Notes: generated from the letters alone by a model not told the origin. Shown: positions 20,092 through 31,654, numbered from the stretch's first letter. The stretch: DNA of 64,000 nt from an uncultured Verrucomicrobiae bacterium (GCA_963806855.1 CAWDYW010000002.1:32001-96000); one strand, 5' to 3'. A program made the numbers and translations.

Positions 20092-21669
20092 ATGAAGAAT
20101 TCATATATCATAGGCGTAGACATTGGTGGAACAAATACTGATGCAGTTCTAGTAGATCAAAATGAAAAAATTATCGGTGTAGTTAAAACTTCTACAACAG
20201 AGGATATTAGCATCGGGTTCTCTCTGGCTCTAAAACAATTGCTTGAGCAATCCGCTATTGCTCCAGAACAAATCCAAAACCTCCTTCTGGGAACTACACA
20301 TGCAACGAATGCGATCTTACAGAAAAAAGATCTTTTTCGCGTTGGAGTCATACGCATTGCAGGACAAAGGCCTGAAGCACTGCCCGTGGCATTTTCTTGG
20401 CCCAAAGATCTGAAAGATGCTGTTATTGGGGGAGAAGAAACGATCAATGGGGGATTCGAGTGCCACGGAGGGACTTTAACCCCCCTTTGTAAAAATGAAA
20501 TGATCCAAGCAATAGAGCGGCTTATAGAAAAACAAGTCGATAGTATCGCGATTGTGGGTGTCTTTTCTCCTCTTAATGGCTCCCAAGAAAAAGTCGTTGG
20601 AACTGTTGTGAGAGAAATTGCTGGAGATACTTTCCCCATTTCCCTTTCACACGAAATCGGAGGCATTGGATTCATCGAAAGAGAAAATTCAACCATTCTG
20701 AATGCCTCGCTTAAACGGGTGATGCAGCAGGGCTTTTGCTCCTTGCAATCAGCTAGTCAAAGCTTAGGGATATGCTGTCCTCTGCTCATTACACAAAATG
20801 ACGGAAGTCTAATAGCTATTGAAAGAGCAGTTGACTACCCCGTTTTAACAATTTCAGCAGGCCCGACTAACTCGTTTATCGGCGGTGCGCGTTTGGCCAA
20901 TTTGGAAAATGCCATTGTCGTAGATATTGGGGGCACATCCACTGATATAGGACAGTTGCGCCGCGGCTTTCCAATTCGGAGCTTAAATAAGTCAAATATT
21001 GGCGGCGTTTCTCTTAATTTTCCAATGCCCGATGTCTTATCCGTTGCCCTGGGAGGAGGTAGCATTATCCGTTTCAATTCCAATAAACTCCTTATTGGAC
21101 CGACAAGTGTCGGGAAATTCCTGAATACCCAAGCCCTTAGCTTCGGAGGTAAAGAATTAACGCTAACCGATGCAGCCCTAGTGATGGGACACATTGAAAT
21201 AGAGCAATCTCAGCCCCAAAAAGCTGCTTTAAGTCCCGCTCAGGGAGAGGCGATTTTTGACCAAGTTAAGGGAGCACTAAATGAATTAATTTTAAAGATA
21301 CAAGGGGAATACAAGGACCTCCCTATCGTTTTTGTAGGAGGCGGCTGCGCATTGCTCCCAGCCAGCTTTTTTCAAGAAGCATATCAAATGCCCCCATTTT
21401 TCAATGTCGCGAACGCTTACGGGGCAGCGCTGGCAGAAATTTCCGGGACTGTCGATACCGTAGTCAGTTTACATAATCGAGAAGAAGTATTAGATGCGCT
21501 TTATGAAAAGGCAAAACAAGAGGCTATCGACCGAGGCGCCAATGCTGAAACTTTAAGATTAGTGGATCAGCAGATCATTCCTTATTCCTATGTGCCGAAT
21601 CAAATGGCGCGGGTTATCGTGAGATTTTGCGGAAAAAGAGCGTCAACAAGCGAGGTCACCTTGCAGTAG
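20092..21669 (+). CDS. Hydantoinase/oxoprolinase family protein (HyuA-like)
   Basis: IGVDIGGTNTDAV, GTTHATNA, ERENSTILNA, VDIGGTSTD, GGGS, VANAYGAA; start at MKNSYII. Confidence 0.9.
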   Translation: MKNSYIIGVDIGGTNTDAVLVDQNEKIIGVVKTSTTEDISIGFSLALKQLLEQSAIAPEQIQNLLLGTTHATNAILQKKDLFRVGVIRIAGQRPEALPVAFSWPKDLKDAVIGGEETINGGFECHGGTLTPLCKNEMIQAIERLIEKQVDSIAIVGVFSPLNGSQEKVVGTVVREIAGDTFPISLSHEIGGIGFIERENSTILNASLKRVMQQGFCSLQSASQSLGICCPLLITQNDGSLIAIERAVDYPVLTISAGPTNSFIGGARLANLENAIVVDIGGTSTDIGQLRRGFPIRSLNKSNIGGVSLNFPMPDVLSVALGGGSIIRFNSNKLLIGPTSVGKFLNTQALSFGGKELTLTDAALVMGHIEIEQSQPQKAALSPAQGEAIFDQVKGALNELILKIQGEYKDLPIVFVGGGCALLPASFFQEAYQMPPFFNVANAYGAALAEISGTVDTVVSLHNREEVLDALYEKAKQEAIDRGANAETLRLVDQQIIPYSYVPNQMARVIVRFCGKRASTSEVTLQ

Positions 21670-21697
21670 ATTTAATGAGGGTCGGATGCTTCTTGCT

Positions 21698-21724
21698 GAA
21701 CTATTAAGAATTGCTTAATAGTTC
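21698..21724. terminator. Perfect 11-bp hairpin after the hydantoinase operon
   Basis: gaactattaag-aattg-cttaatagttc. Confidence 0.5.
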
Positions 21725-21884
21725 CCTTGAAAGAGTTCGGCCATTCTTTTTTGACGTAGCCAAACCGTACTGTGTTCAAGCCTCACCTGTCCGGTGTACC
21801 GTACCTGAAAAAACCTTTGTGAGAGTGCTTTTTAACAAATTATTGGTATACTCGTTTATATATATACAATCCTGAGACAGTTCT

Positions 21885-22355
21885 ATGGCTAAGAAAAAGA
21901 CAAATAAAGGTTCGCAAACACTTCATGATGCGCTGAGAGCCCTCCTCATGGGAAGAAAAGCGAGCACGCAGGAAGATATCTGTGCTGCATTGGAGAAACT
22001 AGGATACGAAATTAATCAATCAAAGGCCTCCCGGCTCCTGCGGAAGATTGGCGCGATTAAAGTAGTGACTGAAAGGGGGCAGACGGTCTATTCGCTTCTT
22101 CGAGAGCCTGCACCGCCATCGATGAACACGCCTATTCGAGATTTAATCCTCGACATTGTTTCTAATGAGACCTTAGTGGTGATTTTTACTAGCCCGGGGT
22201 CCGCATCAATGGTCGCACGGGTTCTCGACTATAATCAAATCACCACAGAAATCCTGGGGACGATTGCGGGGGACGATACGATTTTTGTCGCTCCTAAGTC
22301 GATCAAAGACATTCACAAATTAAGGGATGAAATTAGAGCCCTATTGAGAAGTTAG
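21885..22355 (+). CDS. argR: Arginine repressor
   Basis: TQEDI, NQSKASR, TSPGSASMVA, ILGTIAGDDTIFVAP. Confidence 0.95.
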   Translation: MAKKKTNKGSQTLHDALRALLMGRKASTQEDICAALEKLGYEINQSKASRLLRKIGAIKVVTERGQTVYSLLREPAPPSMNTPIRDLILDIVSNETLVVIFTSPGSASMVARVLDYNQITTEILGTIAGDDTIFVAPKSIKDIHKLRDEIRALLRS

Positions 22356-23783
22356 ATACTCTTTTACAGCTTTCAATTGTTTTTGCTTCTCAGAGATCCA
22401 AACAGTCGTTTTCCCTATATTAATGGCAGCTGTTCTATGCTGATTTTCTACTTGGGCAGAGGAGGTGCCCCCTCGACTATTTCTGGAATTGACAATCTTC
22501 TCTAAATCGAGGGCAGCGAACACATCATCTGAAAAGAGGGGAGAAAAGCTTTTCAATTGATCGAGTGAGAGATTTTCAAGTTTATGGCCACCTACTAGGC
22601 AGTACTGGACAATTTTGCCGACGACCGTATGAGCTTCTCGAAAGGGGAGCCCTTTTGAGGCCAGATAATCTGCAAGCTCTGTGGCATTTAGGAGCCCTTC
22701 TTGGGCAGCCTGTAGCATTTTGTCGGGTTTTATGCTGAGTGTAGTTATCAGTCCTTTGTAGATCGAGAGGGAGTCTTCCAACGTTTTTATTGTATCGAAG
22801 AGTGTTTCTTTATCCTCTTGCATATCTTTGTTATAGGCCAGGGGAAGTCCTTTCAGCATTGTCAAAGTGGCAAGCAAAGACCCATAGACTCGGCCAGTTT
22901 TGCCTCTTACAAGCTCTGGAACATCTGGGTTTTTTTTCTGAGGCATGATGCTGCTCCCGGTGCAGTAAGCGTCGTCAAGCTCGATAAAGGCAAATTCTTG
23001 ACTGCACCAGAGGATGATCTCTTCGCTGAGACGAGAAAGATGGGTCATGATCAGGGCGGCATTCGCTAAAAATTCGACACAGAAGTCCCGGTCGCTCACA
23101 GCGTCAATGCTATTTTCATAAAGGCCATCAAACTTTAATAGGTCCGCAACCATTTGCCGATCGATAGGGAATCCTGTCCCTGCCAAGGCACAGGCCCCAA
23201 GAGGGAGTTGGTTTATTCGAGGCCAACTGTCTTGAAGACGCTGGATATCCCGCTCAAACATGGCAACATAGGCCAGGAGATGATGGGCAAAGAGGATCGG
23301 TTGGGCCCGTTGTAAGTGCGTATAGCCGGGCATGATGGCATGGCTGTTCTCTTTTGCTTTGGCTAGGAGGGCTTGGATGACCTCTTTGAGGAGCTCTATG
23401 AGGGCAACCACTTTGCTGCGCAAATAAAGATGCAGATCCGTTGCAACTTGATCATTACGGCTGCGGGCTGTATGGAGCTTACCGGCTAGGGAGCCAATTA
23501 GGTGTTTGAGCTCGGTTTCCACTTTCATATGGATATCTTCGTCGGCTGCCGATAAAAGGATTTCTCCTTGGGAAAAGCGCTCTAAAACTTGGAGCAATCC
23601 GTTGCGAATCTGATCTGCTTCGGCCCGTGTCAATATGACGACTTTCCCGAGCATCTGCACATGGGCAAGGCTGCCAAGGATATCCTCTTCTGCTAGCGCG
23701 CAATCAAAAAAGATCGAGGCAGTAAAGGTCTCGACTTCTGTTTTTGTCGCTTTGGTGAATCTTCCGCTCCAGTGTTTATCCAT
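22341..23783 (-). CDS. argH: Argininosuccinate lyase
   Basis: [49 protein letters not shown]. Confidence 0.97.
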   Translation of the reverse strand: MDKHWSGRFTKATKTEVETFTASIFFDCALAEEDILGSLAHVQMLGKVVILTRAEADQIRNGLLQVLERFSQGEILLSAADEDIHMKVETELKHLIGSLAGKLHTARSRNDQVATDLHLYLRSKVVALIELLKEVIQALLAKAKENSHAIMPGYTHLQRAQPILFAHHLLAYVAMFERDIQRLQDSWPRINQLPLGACALAGTGFPIDRQMVADLLKFDGLYENSIDAVSDRDFCVEFLANAALIMTHLSRLSEEIILWCSQEFAFIELDDAYCTGSSIMPQKKNPDVPELVRGKTGRVYGSLLATLTMLKGLPLAYNKDMQEDKETLFDTIKTLEDSLSIYKGLITTLSIKPDKMLQAAQEGLLNATELADYLASKGLPFREAHTVVGKIVQYCLVGGHKLENLSLDQLKSFSPLFSDDVFAALDLEKIVNSRNSRGGTSSAQVENQHRTAAINIGKTTVWISEKQKQLKAVKEYLTSQ

Positions 23784-24981
23784 TTTGAGCCTTCAATCGT
23801 AGTGCGTTTAACTTAATAAACCCTTTTGCATCGGTCTGGTCATAGCCTCCAATCTCATCCATGCTGGCGAGTTGCGATTGATAGAGAGAATGAGGGGATG
23901 CGCGTCCAGTGATCATAATGTTGCCTTTATATAAAGTGAGAAAGACCTTACCGGAGACATTTTTTTGACTTTGGTTAATCGCAGCCATCAAAAAGTCCAT
24001 TTCCGGGCTAAACCAAAAGCCATTGTAAATAATTTGGGCTATTTTAGGCGCCAAGCTTTCCTTCAATAGAATCACTTCCCGGTCTAACGTAATTCCCTCT
24101 AAATCTAGGTGTGCTTTGAGTAGAATGGTCCCCGCTGGGGTTTCATAGACTCCACGCGATTTCATTCCGACAAAGCGACTTTCCACTAGATCGATTCGCC
24201 CAATTCCATGCATCCCTCCAATTTTGTTGAGATACTTAAACAGCTCAAGAGTGCCGGTGACTTTTTTACCAGTCTCGATCTCTTCGACTGAAATGGGGTT
24301 GCCACTTTGAAATTCGATCGCGATCTTCAGCTCTTGATCAGGGGCATTTTTAGGAGAAGCGGTTCTTCTGAACATCTCTTCTTGAGGAATGTAGGCAGGG
24401 TCCTCTAATTTTCCTCCCTCGTAGCTGGTGTGCATGAGGTTTTCATCGATGCTATAGGGCTTCTCCAATGTGGAGGTCACGGGGATGTTGTGCGCTTTCG
24501 CATAGTTTAAGAGATCTGTTCTTCCAGAGAACTGTGATAAAAATTCGGGGTCTTTCCAAGGGCTGATGATCTCCGCATGGGGAATCTGTTTCCAAATAGT
24601 GAGTTCAAACCGGACCTGGTCGTTCCCTTTTCCTGTGGCTCCATGGGCAAAGCAGGAGATCTTTTCCTTTGCAGCGGCCTTGACCATTTCGCTCGCAATC
24701 AGGGGTCTTGCAAGAGATGTGCCAAGTAAATACTTCCCTTCGTAAACTGCGTGGGCTTTTAAAGAGGGGAGAATGTAGTCCTTCACAAACTCTTCTTGCA
24801 GATGGGCAATGATCACTTTTTTAGCCCCGATAGCAAGAGCCTTATTTTCGGCAGCTTTTAGGTCCTCCTCCTGTCCCACATCGGCAATAAAACAGATGAC
24901 TTCATAGCCTTTGTCAATCAGCCATTTTAGAATCACCGAGGTATCGAGCCCTCCGCTATATGCGAGCAATACTTTCTTCAT
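23776..24981 (-). CDS. argG: Argininosuccinate synthase
   Basis: [42 protein letters not shown]; start at MKKVLLAY with AGGAG RBS. Confidence 0.97.
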   Translation of the reverse strand: MKKVLLAYSGGLDTSVILKWLIDKGYEVICFIADVGQEEDLKAAENKALAIGAKKVIIAHLQEEFVKDYILPSLKAHAVYEGKYLLGTSLARPLIASEMVKAAAKEKISCFAHGATGKGNDQVRFELTIWKQIPHAEIISPWKDPEFLSQFSGRTDLLNYAKAHNIPVTSTLEKPYSIDENLMHTSYEGGKLEDPAYIPQEEMFRRTASPKNAPDQELKIAIEFQSGNPISVEEIETGKKVTGTLELFKYLNKIGGMHGIGRIDLVESRFVGMKSRGVYETPAGTILLKAHLDLEGITLDREVILLKESLAPKIAQIIYNGFWFSPEMDFLMAAINQSQKNVSGKVFLTLYKGNIMITGRASPHSLYQSQLASMDEIGGYDQTDAKGFIKLNALRLKAQNG

Positions 24982-25027
24982 TTTGAATCTCCTTTTGTCA
25001 TTTGCGATCCTTTTTATTGTATCTAAA

Positions 25028-25066
25028 ACAGAATATTTATGCAATCAATATGACTGCTTAGTCATT
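25028..25066. promoter_or_regulatory. Putative tandem ARG boxes in the argG/artJ divergent promoter
   Basis: cagaatatttatgcaa and tatgactgcttagtcatt resemble TGAATwwwwATTCA; a third candidate, atgcatatttatggg, lies between TTGACT (25128) and TATAAT (25153). Confidence 0.55.
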
Positions 25067-25180
25067 CGGTATTGCTTGTCAACACGCTTAACTGCAGTGT
25101 GTTAGGTGTTTATAAAATAAACTAGAGTTGACTAAATATGCATATTTATGGGTATAATGAAGGCAACGAAGGAGTAGAAA

Positions 25181-25966
25181 ATGTCCAAGTGGCTAATTGT
25201 TTTCATGACTATTTTGACCGCAATAGGTCTTGTTTTCATGTTTCAATCTACAGATAAACCGGCCGAAGAAACACTTACAATAGGTCTGCATAGTGGATAT
25301 CCCCCATTTGAGTATATGGATGAGAATGGGAAAATCGTCGGCTTCGATCTCGATATTGCAGAGCGGATTGCTGCAAAATTAGGGAAGAAAATTGTCATCA
25401 AAGATATGGAATTTGATGGGGAAATCCTATCGCTTAAGCAAGGAAAAATTGATCTGATTTTAAGTGGGATGAATATCACTCCAAGCCGAGAAAAAGAGAT
25501 CCTTATGGTTCCCTACCATGGAGAGTCGACTACTTCGCTTAGTCTTATCTTTTGGCAGAGCATTCCAGAAGGGTTGCAGTCAATTGAAGATCTAATGAAT
25601 CTCCAAAATCCGACAGTCACCGTTGGGATGGGAACAACTCCAGAAGCTTACCTCAGCCGCTACCCAGCGATTCAATCTAAATCATTTGAAGGAGCATTGT
25701 CATGCCTGATGGATGTCAAATATGGGAAATCTATTGCTAATCTTGTGGAGGCCGATGTTGCAGAGTATCTTCAAAAGCAACATCCAGAAATTAAAATTCT
25801 GCAAGTCCCCATTTCAAAAGACGATAGTATTGCCGGCTTTGGCATCGGGGTGAATAAAAATAACCAGATCCTTTTTCAGCAAGTTAAAGAGGTCATTCAG
25901 GAACTTAAAGCAACAGGTGAACTCAAGCAACTCGAAGATAAATGGTTTAAAGGGGTTCAGCAATGA
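25181..25966 (+). CDS. artJ: Polar amino-acid (arginine) ABC transporter substrate-binding protein
   Basis: YPPFEY, IVGFDLDIA, LKQGKIDLILSGMNITPSR, LEDKWF; arg gene context. Confidence 0.8.
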   Translation: MSKWLIVFMTILTAIGLVFMFQSTDKPAEETLTIGLHSGYPPFEYMDENGKIVGFDLDIAERIAAKLGKKIVIKDMEFDGEILSLKQGKIDLILSGMNITPSREKEILMVPYHGESTTSLSLIFWQSIPEGLQSIEDLMNLQNPTVTVGMGTTPEAYLSRYPAIQSKSFEGALSCLMDVKYGKSIANLVEADVAEYLQKQHPEIKILQVPISKDDSIAGFGIGVNKNNQILFQQVKEVIQELKATGELKQLEDKWFKGVQQ

Positions 25967-26622
25967 GCGCCGAACTTTCCCTATTAGTTAAATCGTTCCC
26001 TTTTTTGCTTCAGGGGGCTCTAGCTACGATCAAAATTGCCCTTGTTTCAATCACTATAGGGCTTTGCGGCGGCGTCTTAATTGGAATCTTGAACTGCCGA
26101 AAACTGCGATTGGCTCATACAGCTTTTTTCCTGAGTGGTTTTGTCTGGGTGATTAGAGGAACCCCTTTATTTGTCCAAGTGCTGATCGTTTACTATGCTT
26201 TGCCCGAAATTTTGGGCTTTTCATTATCACCTTTTGCAGCCGGGGTCATTGCCCTAGGGATTAATTCGACTGCCTATATCTCTGAGATTGTTCGGGGCGG
26301 AATAGATTCAATCCCGATTGGGCAATGGGAAGCTGCCTATGTGGTCGGGCTCAAACCCTGGAAGACCTTGAAGGGGGTAATTCTTCCCCAGATGTTTCGA
26401 ATCACGCTGCCAAGCTTAACCAATGAGTTGACCGCTTTGATTAAAGAAACCAGCATCTTAATGGTCATCGGAGTCGCTGAATTGACCAAAGTGAGCAAGG
26501 ATATCGTTGCTCGTGAGCTTGACCCGATGACGATATATTTAGCAGCAGCAGTGCTCTATCTTGCCATGACAAGCTGTCTCTCATTATTTGCAAGGTCAAA
26601 GCAAAAAGTGTGGCTCGTATGA
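25963..26622 (+). CDS. Amino-acid ABC transporter permease (ArtQ/GlnP-like)
   Basis: RGTPLFVQ, AYISEIVRGGI, GQWEAA, ALIKETS. Confidence 0.9.
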   Translation: MSAELSLLVKSFPFLLQGALATIKIALVSITIGLCGGVLIGILNCRKLRLAHTAFFLSGFVWVIRGTPLFVQVLIVYYALPEILGFSLSPFAAGVIALGINSTAYISEIVRGGIDSIPIGQWEAAYVVGLKPWKTLKGVILPQMFRITLPSLTNELTALIKETSILMVIGVAELTKVSKDIVARELDPMTIYLAAAVLYLAMTSCLSLFARSKQKVWLV

Positions 26623-27335
26623 TCTCAGGGAAAAATGTATCCTGGCGATATAAGAATCGCTCTACCTCTGCTTTGCAACAGGTCTCTTTTGAATTGAGAC
26701 AAGGGCGAATTACCACTTTTATGGGGCAAAGCGGAGCTGGTAAAACCACCTTGCTCAAATGCATTGCTAATTTACATCCGCACTATGAGGGGGTGATCGC
26801 CTGTAATGGGCAAGATCTTAAATCCTTAGGTCCTGTTGAAAGAGCAACGACTGTGGGCTTTGTCTTGCAGCAGTTTCATCTCTTTCCTCATTTATCGGTC
26901 CTCAAAAATTGTACTCTAGCCCTTGAAGAGGTGCTAGGCATGCAAGGCAAAGAAGCTGAAGAGAAGGCGAGCCAGATCCTGGACTCATTGGGCATGCATT
27001 CTTTTATGAATGCATTTCCCTCGCAACTTTCTGGGGGGCAACAACAGCGTGTTGCGATTGCAAGGGCCCTAGCGCTTTCTCCTAAGGTTTTGCTCTTAGA
27101 TGAACCGACATCTTCCTTGGATCCAGAGAGCAAAAAAAGCCTAGAAGCATTACTCCTTGAGCTGAGCTCGCAAGGGATCACTATCGCCATTTCAAGCCAC
27201 GATATGCCCTTCATCCGCAAAATAATGGATTACATTTACTTCATGGAACATGGGGTGATAATTGAAGCGTGGGATCAAAGAAATGAAGAGCTGTTTTCCA
27301 AACAAAAAATTCAGCAGTTTTTATCACATCAATGA
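26619..27335 (+). CDS. Amino-acid ABC transporter ATPase (ArtP/GlnQ-like)
   Basis: GQSGAGKTT, LSGGQQQRVAIARAL, LLLDEPTSSLD; ATGA overlap with the permease stop. Confidence 0.9.
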   Translation: MISGKNVSWRYKNRSTSALQQVSFELRQGRITTFMGQSGAGKTTLLKCIANLHPHYEGVIACNGQDLKSLGPVERATTVGFVLQQFHLFPHLSVLKNCTLALEEVLGMQGKEAEEKASQILDSLGMHSFMNAFPSQLSGGQQQRVAIARALALSPKVLLLDEPTSSLDPESKKSLEALLLELSSQGITIAISSHDMPFIRKIMDYIYFMEHGVIIEAWDQRNEELFSKQKIQQFLSHQ

Positions 27336-27467
27336 TTCCAAATGTCGTATCGACGATACGACAATTTGTTGCTCTGGGAAAACCTATGCAAATAGGATTG
27401 TTAAAAAGATTGACTTCACTTTGCCACTTGTGAAAAAATTGCGTGAATAAATTCAGGAGGATATCAA

Positions 27468-27792
27468 ATGCAAGGTGAAATCATTCAAAGGTTACAAAGT
27501 TGTTTCGATGCCTTAATACAAAGTGTACCCACCGAAGAAATAGAATTCTGGTTTGCAAGAGATCTCCAAGAACCTCTGGGGTATTTGCGTTGGGAGAACT
27601 TTCTGACTGCTATCCAGCGTGCTATAGAATCTTGTCAGACAACGGGTTATGACCCAAACGATCATTTTCGTGGCGTCACGAAAATGATCAACAGAGGATG
27701 TCATGAAGCTTGAGAGACGTGTGAAATCCGAGGAGAAAAAACTGGCCAAACAATCCGGCAAGTTGCCAAAATTAGAGAGCGGCAATACATGA
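27468..27792 (+). pseudogene. dinD: DinD-like protein, internally deleted
   Basis: N-terminal EFWFARDLQEPLGYLRWENF...DHFRGVTKMI joined out of frame to the C-terminal EDVMKLERRVKSEEKKLAKQSGKLP. Confidence 0.7.
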
Positions 27793-27922
27793 TTGAAAAT
27801 CTTCATATTAAGAAAAAGTTATGAGACTTTTACATCCTCTCTTTATCGTTTTATTAGGTTTTTTAGCTACAAGCTCGCATGCTATTTCATATGATGAGGA
27901 ATGGTTATATAGGAGTGATGGT

Positions 27923-28255
27923 ATGTCAGGTCATGTATTTGTTGTTTCTGAATGGTTACCTAAAGAAAATTGCGAAGAAGAATTATGGGTGTTTTTTAAA
28001 GATCTGATGGCTTTAACTAAAAAAAACGAGAGTGGTTGTATAAGAGCGCATGCCACTCGACAAATTCCTCATCCAGGTTCTCTAGGAAAATCAAAATACA
28101 AGATTGTACTTCTTCAGGAATATGTGGATATCAAGGCATTTGATATTCATTGTAATGCAGACTACGTAAAGAATGGGTTTAAGAAATATGTTGAGGACGA
28201 AGAAACTGCAATAGTTAAAGAATGGCGTTGTAGACTTTTTAGTGAAGATGAATAG
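27923..28255 (+). CDS. Antibiotic biosynthesis monooxygenase-like (dimeric alpha/beta barrel) protein, copy 1
   Basis: ESGCI, IVLLQEY, AFDIHCNADYV; AGGAG RBS before MSGHVF (a longer signal-peptide start at 27821 is possible). Confidence 0.7.
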   Translation: MSGHVFVVSEWLPKENCEEELWVFFKDLMALTKKNESGCIRAHATRQIPHPGSLGKSKYKIVLLQEYVDIKAFDIHCNADYVKNGFKKYVEDEETAIVKEWRCRLFSEDE

Positions 28256-28272
28256 ATTATTCTGAGTAAAAA

Positions 28273-28294
28273 TGGGGCAACCTGGGATTGAACC
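28273..28294 (-). repeat. Truncated att site (tRNA 3' 22 bp)
   Basis: tggggcaacctgggattgaacc, exact match to 53223-53244. Confidence 0.85.
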
Positions 28295-28397
28295 TAAGGC
28301 TATATAGGAGTGTTGGTATGTCAGTGTTCAAGTTCAGCCGCCTCGCTTTCAGGCGGACGTTGTTAATAATTTATCAAAAAGATAGGTTGAGATTAAT

Positions 28398-29495
28398 ATG
28401 AAAAAAACCGTTCTTATCGTTGGTGCAAGCGGAATTATCGGTAACGCAGCTGTGCACGAGTTTCTCAGCCATCCCGATTGGGATGTGATCGCTTTATCTA
28501 GGCGTAAGCCAGAAATTTTTAATAAAAATTCAAGAGCCTTTCAACATTTCTCTGTTGATCTGCAAGATCAACAAAGCTGTCAACAGGTGCTAACAAATTT
28601 GCCTGTGACTCATATCGTCTATGCTGCTCTCTATGAAAAACCGGGGCTTATTGCCGGATGGGGAAATCCTGAGCAAATGCAAATCAACTTAGATATGCTA
28701 CGGAATGTAGTTGAACCACTAACGCAAGGTTCCCATCGGCTGTTGCATATTAGCTTGCTTCAAGGAACGAAAGCATATGGTGTACATTTACACCCGATTT
28801 CAATCCCGGCCCGCGAAGAGGAAGCAAGAGACCCCCATGAAAATTTCTATTGGCTGCAAGAAGATTACATTCGCGAAAAAGCGGAGCAAGCTAGCTTTTA
28901 TTTTACGATTCTTCGCCCTCAATTAGTGGTGGGAGGATGCTATGGCGTTGCGATGAATTTAATCCCGGTTATCGGGATGTATGCTGCGATTTGTCGTGAA
29001 GATGGGCTTCCCTTTTCCTTTCCGGGGGGTGCATCCATGCTCTTCGAATTGGTCGATACCCGTTTGATCGCGCGCTTATTTGTTTGGGCAGGAATTGCGG
29101 CCAATGCAAGAAATGAGATTTTTAATGTTACAAATGGAGAAGTCGGTGAATGGAGGAACCTCTGGCCGGCTATTGCAAAGACTCTGAACATGCAAATAGG
29201 AGCAGATAAGCCCATCGAACTGAAGTCATTTTTACCTTCTAAGACAAATCTATGGGATCAAATCGTCAATAAATACCATCTGAGACCACTGAAGATGAAG
29301 GATCTTCTCGGAGAATCGCATCATTATGCCGATATCGTATTCGCTTATGGCATGCAAGGCCCGATTCCACCTGCTATTGTGAGCACAATCAAACTACGCC
29401 AAGCAGGATTTCAGGACTGTATCGATTCAAGAGAAACTTTGAAATATTGGCTAAATAATTTCATTGAAAGGAAGATTCTCCCGCCCACGTTATAA
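28398..29495 (+). CDS. SDR oxidoreductase, PRISE (progesterone 5-beta-reductase-like) family
   Basis: IVGASGIIG, ALSRR, LLQGTKAYG, NFYWLQED, FNVTNG. Confidence 0.85.
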   Translation: MKKTVLIVGASGIIGNAAVHEFLSHPDWDVIALSRRKPEIFNKNSRAFQHFSVDLQDQQSCQQVLTNLPVTHIVYAALYEKPGLIAGWGNPEQMQINLDMLRNVVEPLTQGSHRLLHISLLQGTKAYGVHLHPISIPAREEEARDPHENFYWLQEDYIREKAEQASFYFTILRPQLVVGGCYGVAMNLIPVIGMYAAICREDGLPFSFPGGASMLFELVDTRLIARLFVWAGIAANARNEIFNVTNGEVGEWRNLWPAIAKTLNMQIGADKPIELKSFLPSKTNLWDQIVNKYHLRPLKMKDLLGESHHYADIVFAYGMQGPIPPAIVSTIKLRQAGFQDCIDSRETLKYWLNNFIERKILPPTL

Positions 29496-29698
29496 TTTTC
29501 CCAGAGGCTGTGTAGTCTTTTGCAGCCATTTTTGTTCATCTGGTTTTAACGAAGATGCCAATTGTTGGTAAACATATTGATGACGGGGATTTGGCTTGTT
29601 TAGAATACAACAATCGATATGGGCAATGATCCTTTTTGCTCTGCCCAGACAAATTGATCCCTTGCTTCAAATGGCAGCCATTCAATTGCAACTTTTAG

Positions 29699-31127
29699 CT
29701 ATTTTATAAATCTGTTCCAGGAAGCATATCGTTCTACGATGACTCCTTTTGGTATCGAGGCAATAATCAATAAAACGGCACTGGCGATACCGCTAATCAA
29801 TATTGCTGTAGATCCCGATGAAAAGATAAGAGTCAGTATAAGCACTATCACCCCAGCAATTACATTAACAAAGCGTGCTGTTCGAGTTACTTCAGCTGTA
29901 GCAACCGCAGCTACAGTAACTATAATTGCTCCCATCCAATGATCGCAATTAGCGCTCTCGATATATAAAAGGCAAGATACTCGGTCGCGCCATTAACCAC
30001 ACGCCAACAATAGCCTGCACAATGATGAGCCAAGGCAACGAAATTCCCTGATACGCTTGCTGCCCAACGTTGTCTAATAGACCAACGTATACGATCTGGA
30101 TCTTTACCTTCATAACCAAGTACATTGCCGCCCAACCAAAAAAATTGCCAGAAGTTTTTCTTTTGTTTATAGGCCAGCACCAAAAATTGTCCTACCGCTA
30201 TAGACTCATGCACTGCTAAAGGCACAGAAATTAATAATGCGGCAGCAGAGATTAAACAAAATCCGCACCAGGCACCCACGACAACCGGCTGCATAATAAC
30301 TAATAATATACTTGTTGCACCTAAAGGTATAACAAGCAGAACAAACGTAACTACAATGAAAGGGGCAGTACGCCAGCGTGCACGACTACCCATAAAACCT
30401 ATCAGCACTTCCAACACATAAGCAACTGCACCAAAACCAGCATCAGATATGGGAAAAGATCTTGACAATGCAGAGCCTGTTACTTATCAGAGCCGTCGCC
30501 AAAAAATGGATCCCATACATGAGGTATATAACCTAGCTGATGAGCTGCTAAATATCGCGAGAGGAAGAAGCCAATCAGTGCTAGAGCAATGCCAAGCCAA
30601 CGCCTAATCCATGAGGAAGGATTATATGACCAGCCAGGAGGTTTGTCTGGTCCAGACAATTGAATACCAGCCCGCCCTGGCAATCCGGGGATGAGTACAG
30701 CAAATGCAATGAATAAGCAAGCCATTAATGTATCAACCAAATAAATAGCAGGGGTTGGCGACCAAAATATAAGTGGTGCAAGCAATAACCAAAACGCTAC
30801 AGCAACTGTACCCCACCTGAGCAATGCGAGTCGAGGAACAAATGCCATTATTTCTACAAGAATAACAATGACACCAGATATGATATCACTCTTCATTAAA
30901 GCCGCGCTCTTATAATTTAAAAGAAAAGGCTGGCTGATGAGCCATATCGCCAATATGCCATTAACCACATAGGTCCAAAGTGTTTTGTAGTTATGAAGCC
31001 TTATTTCTTCTAAAAACTGCTGTGCATCCTTGCCTATCGCTTCTCTAAAATTTTGAATTTCAATTTGTGTTTCTTGCCCTCTCATGCTGTCCTGCTTTGA
31101 TTTGTCGCTCGATTTCGCGAGCTTCAT
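29699..31127 (-). pseudogene. VKOR-family membrane protein with SPW-type repeats, multiple frameshifts
   Basis: PPGWSYNPSSW, WDPFFG, SDAGFGA, RWRTAP, WCGFC (CxxC); split over three ORFs, e.g. a 1-nt deletion at ~30482. Confidence 0.8.
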
Positions 31128-31303
31128 CGCACCCTAATGTATTTTTAATTTCAATTTGATATTTGTTCAAGTCGATTCTTGCTTATTCCTATGGATTTGT
31201 GCTAAGCGAGACAATTTCAAGGGACCATGAGCCGACGAATTTAATATTTGGTTTTTTTGCTACAAGCACGCATGCTTCATATGATGAAGATAGGAGTGTT
31301 TGT

Positions 31304-31636
31304 ATGTCAGGTCATGTGTTTGTTGTTTCTGAATGGTTACCCAAAGAAAATTGCGAGGAAGAATTATGGGTGTTTTTTAAAGATCTGATGGCTTTAACTA
31401 AAAAAAACGAAAGTGGTTGTATAAGAGCGCATGCCACTCGACAAATTCCTCATCCAGGTTCTCCAGGAAAATCAAAATACAAGATTGTGCTTCTTCAGGA
31501 ATATGTGGATATCAAGGCATTTGATATTCATTGTAATGCAGACTATGTAAAGAGTGGTTTTAAGAAATATGTTGAGGATGAAGAAACTGCAATAGTTAAA
31601 GAATGGCGTTGTAGACTTTTTAGTGAAGATGAATAG
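31304..31636 (+). CDS. ABM-like protein, copy 2 (near-identical to 27923..28255)
   Basis: Same 110-aa sequence apart from two substitutions seen (GSLGK/GSPGK, KNGF/KSGF). Confidence 0.7.
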   Translation: MSGHVFVVSEWLPKENCEEELWVFFKDLMALTKKNESGCIRAHATRQIPHPGSPGKSKYKIVLLQEYVDIKAFDIHCNADYVKSGFKKYVEDEETAIVKEWRCRLFSEDE

Positions 31637-31654
31637 ATTATTCTGAGTAAAAAA

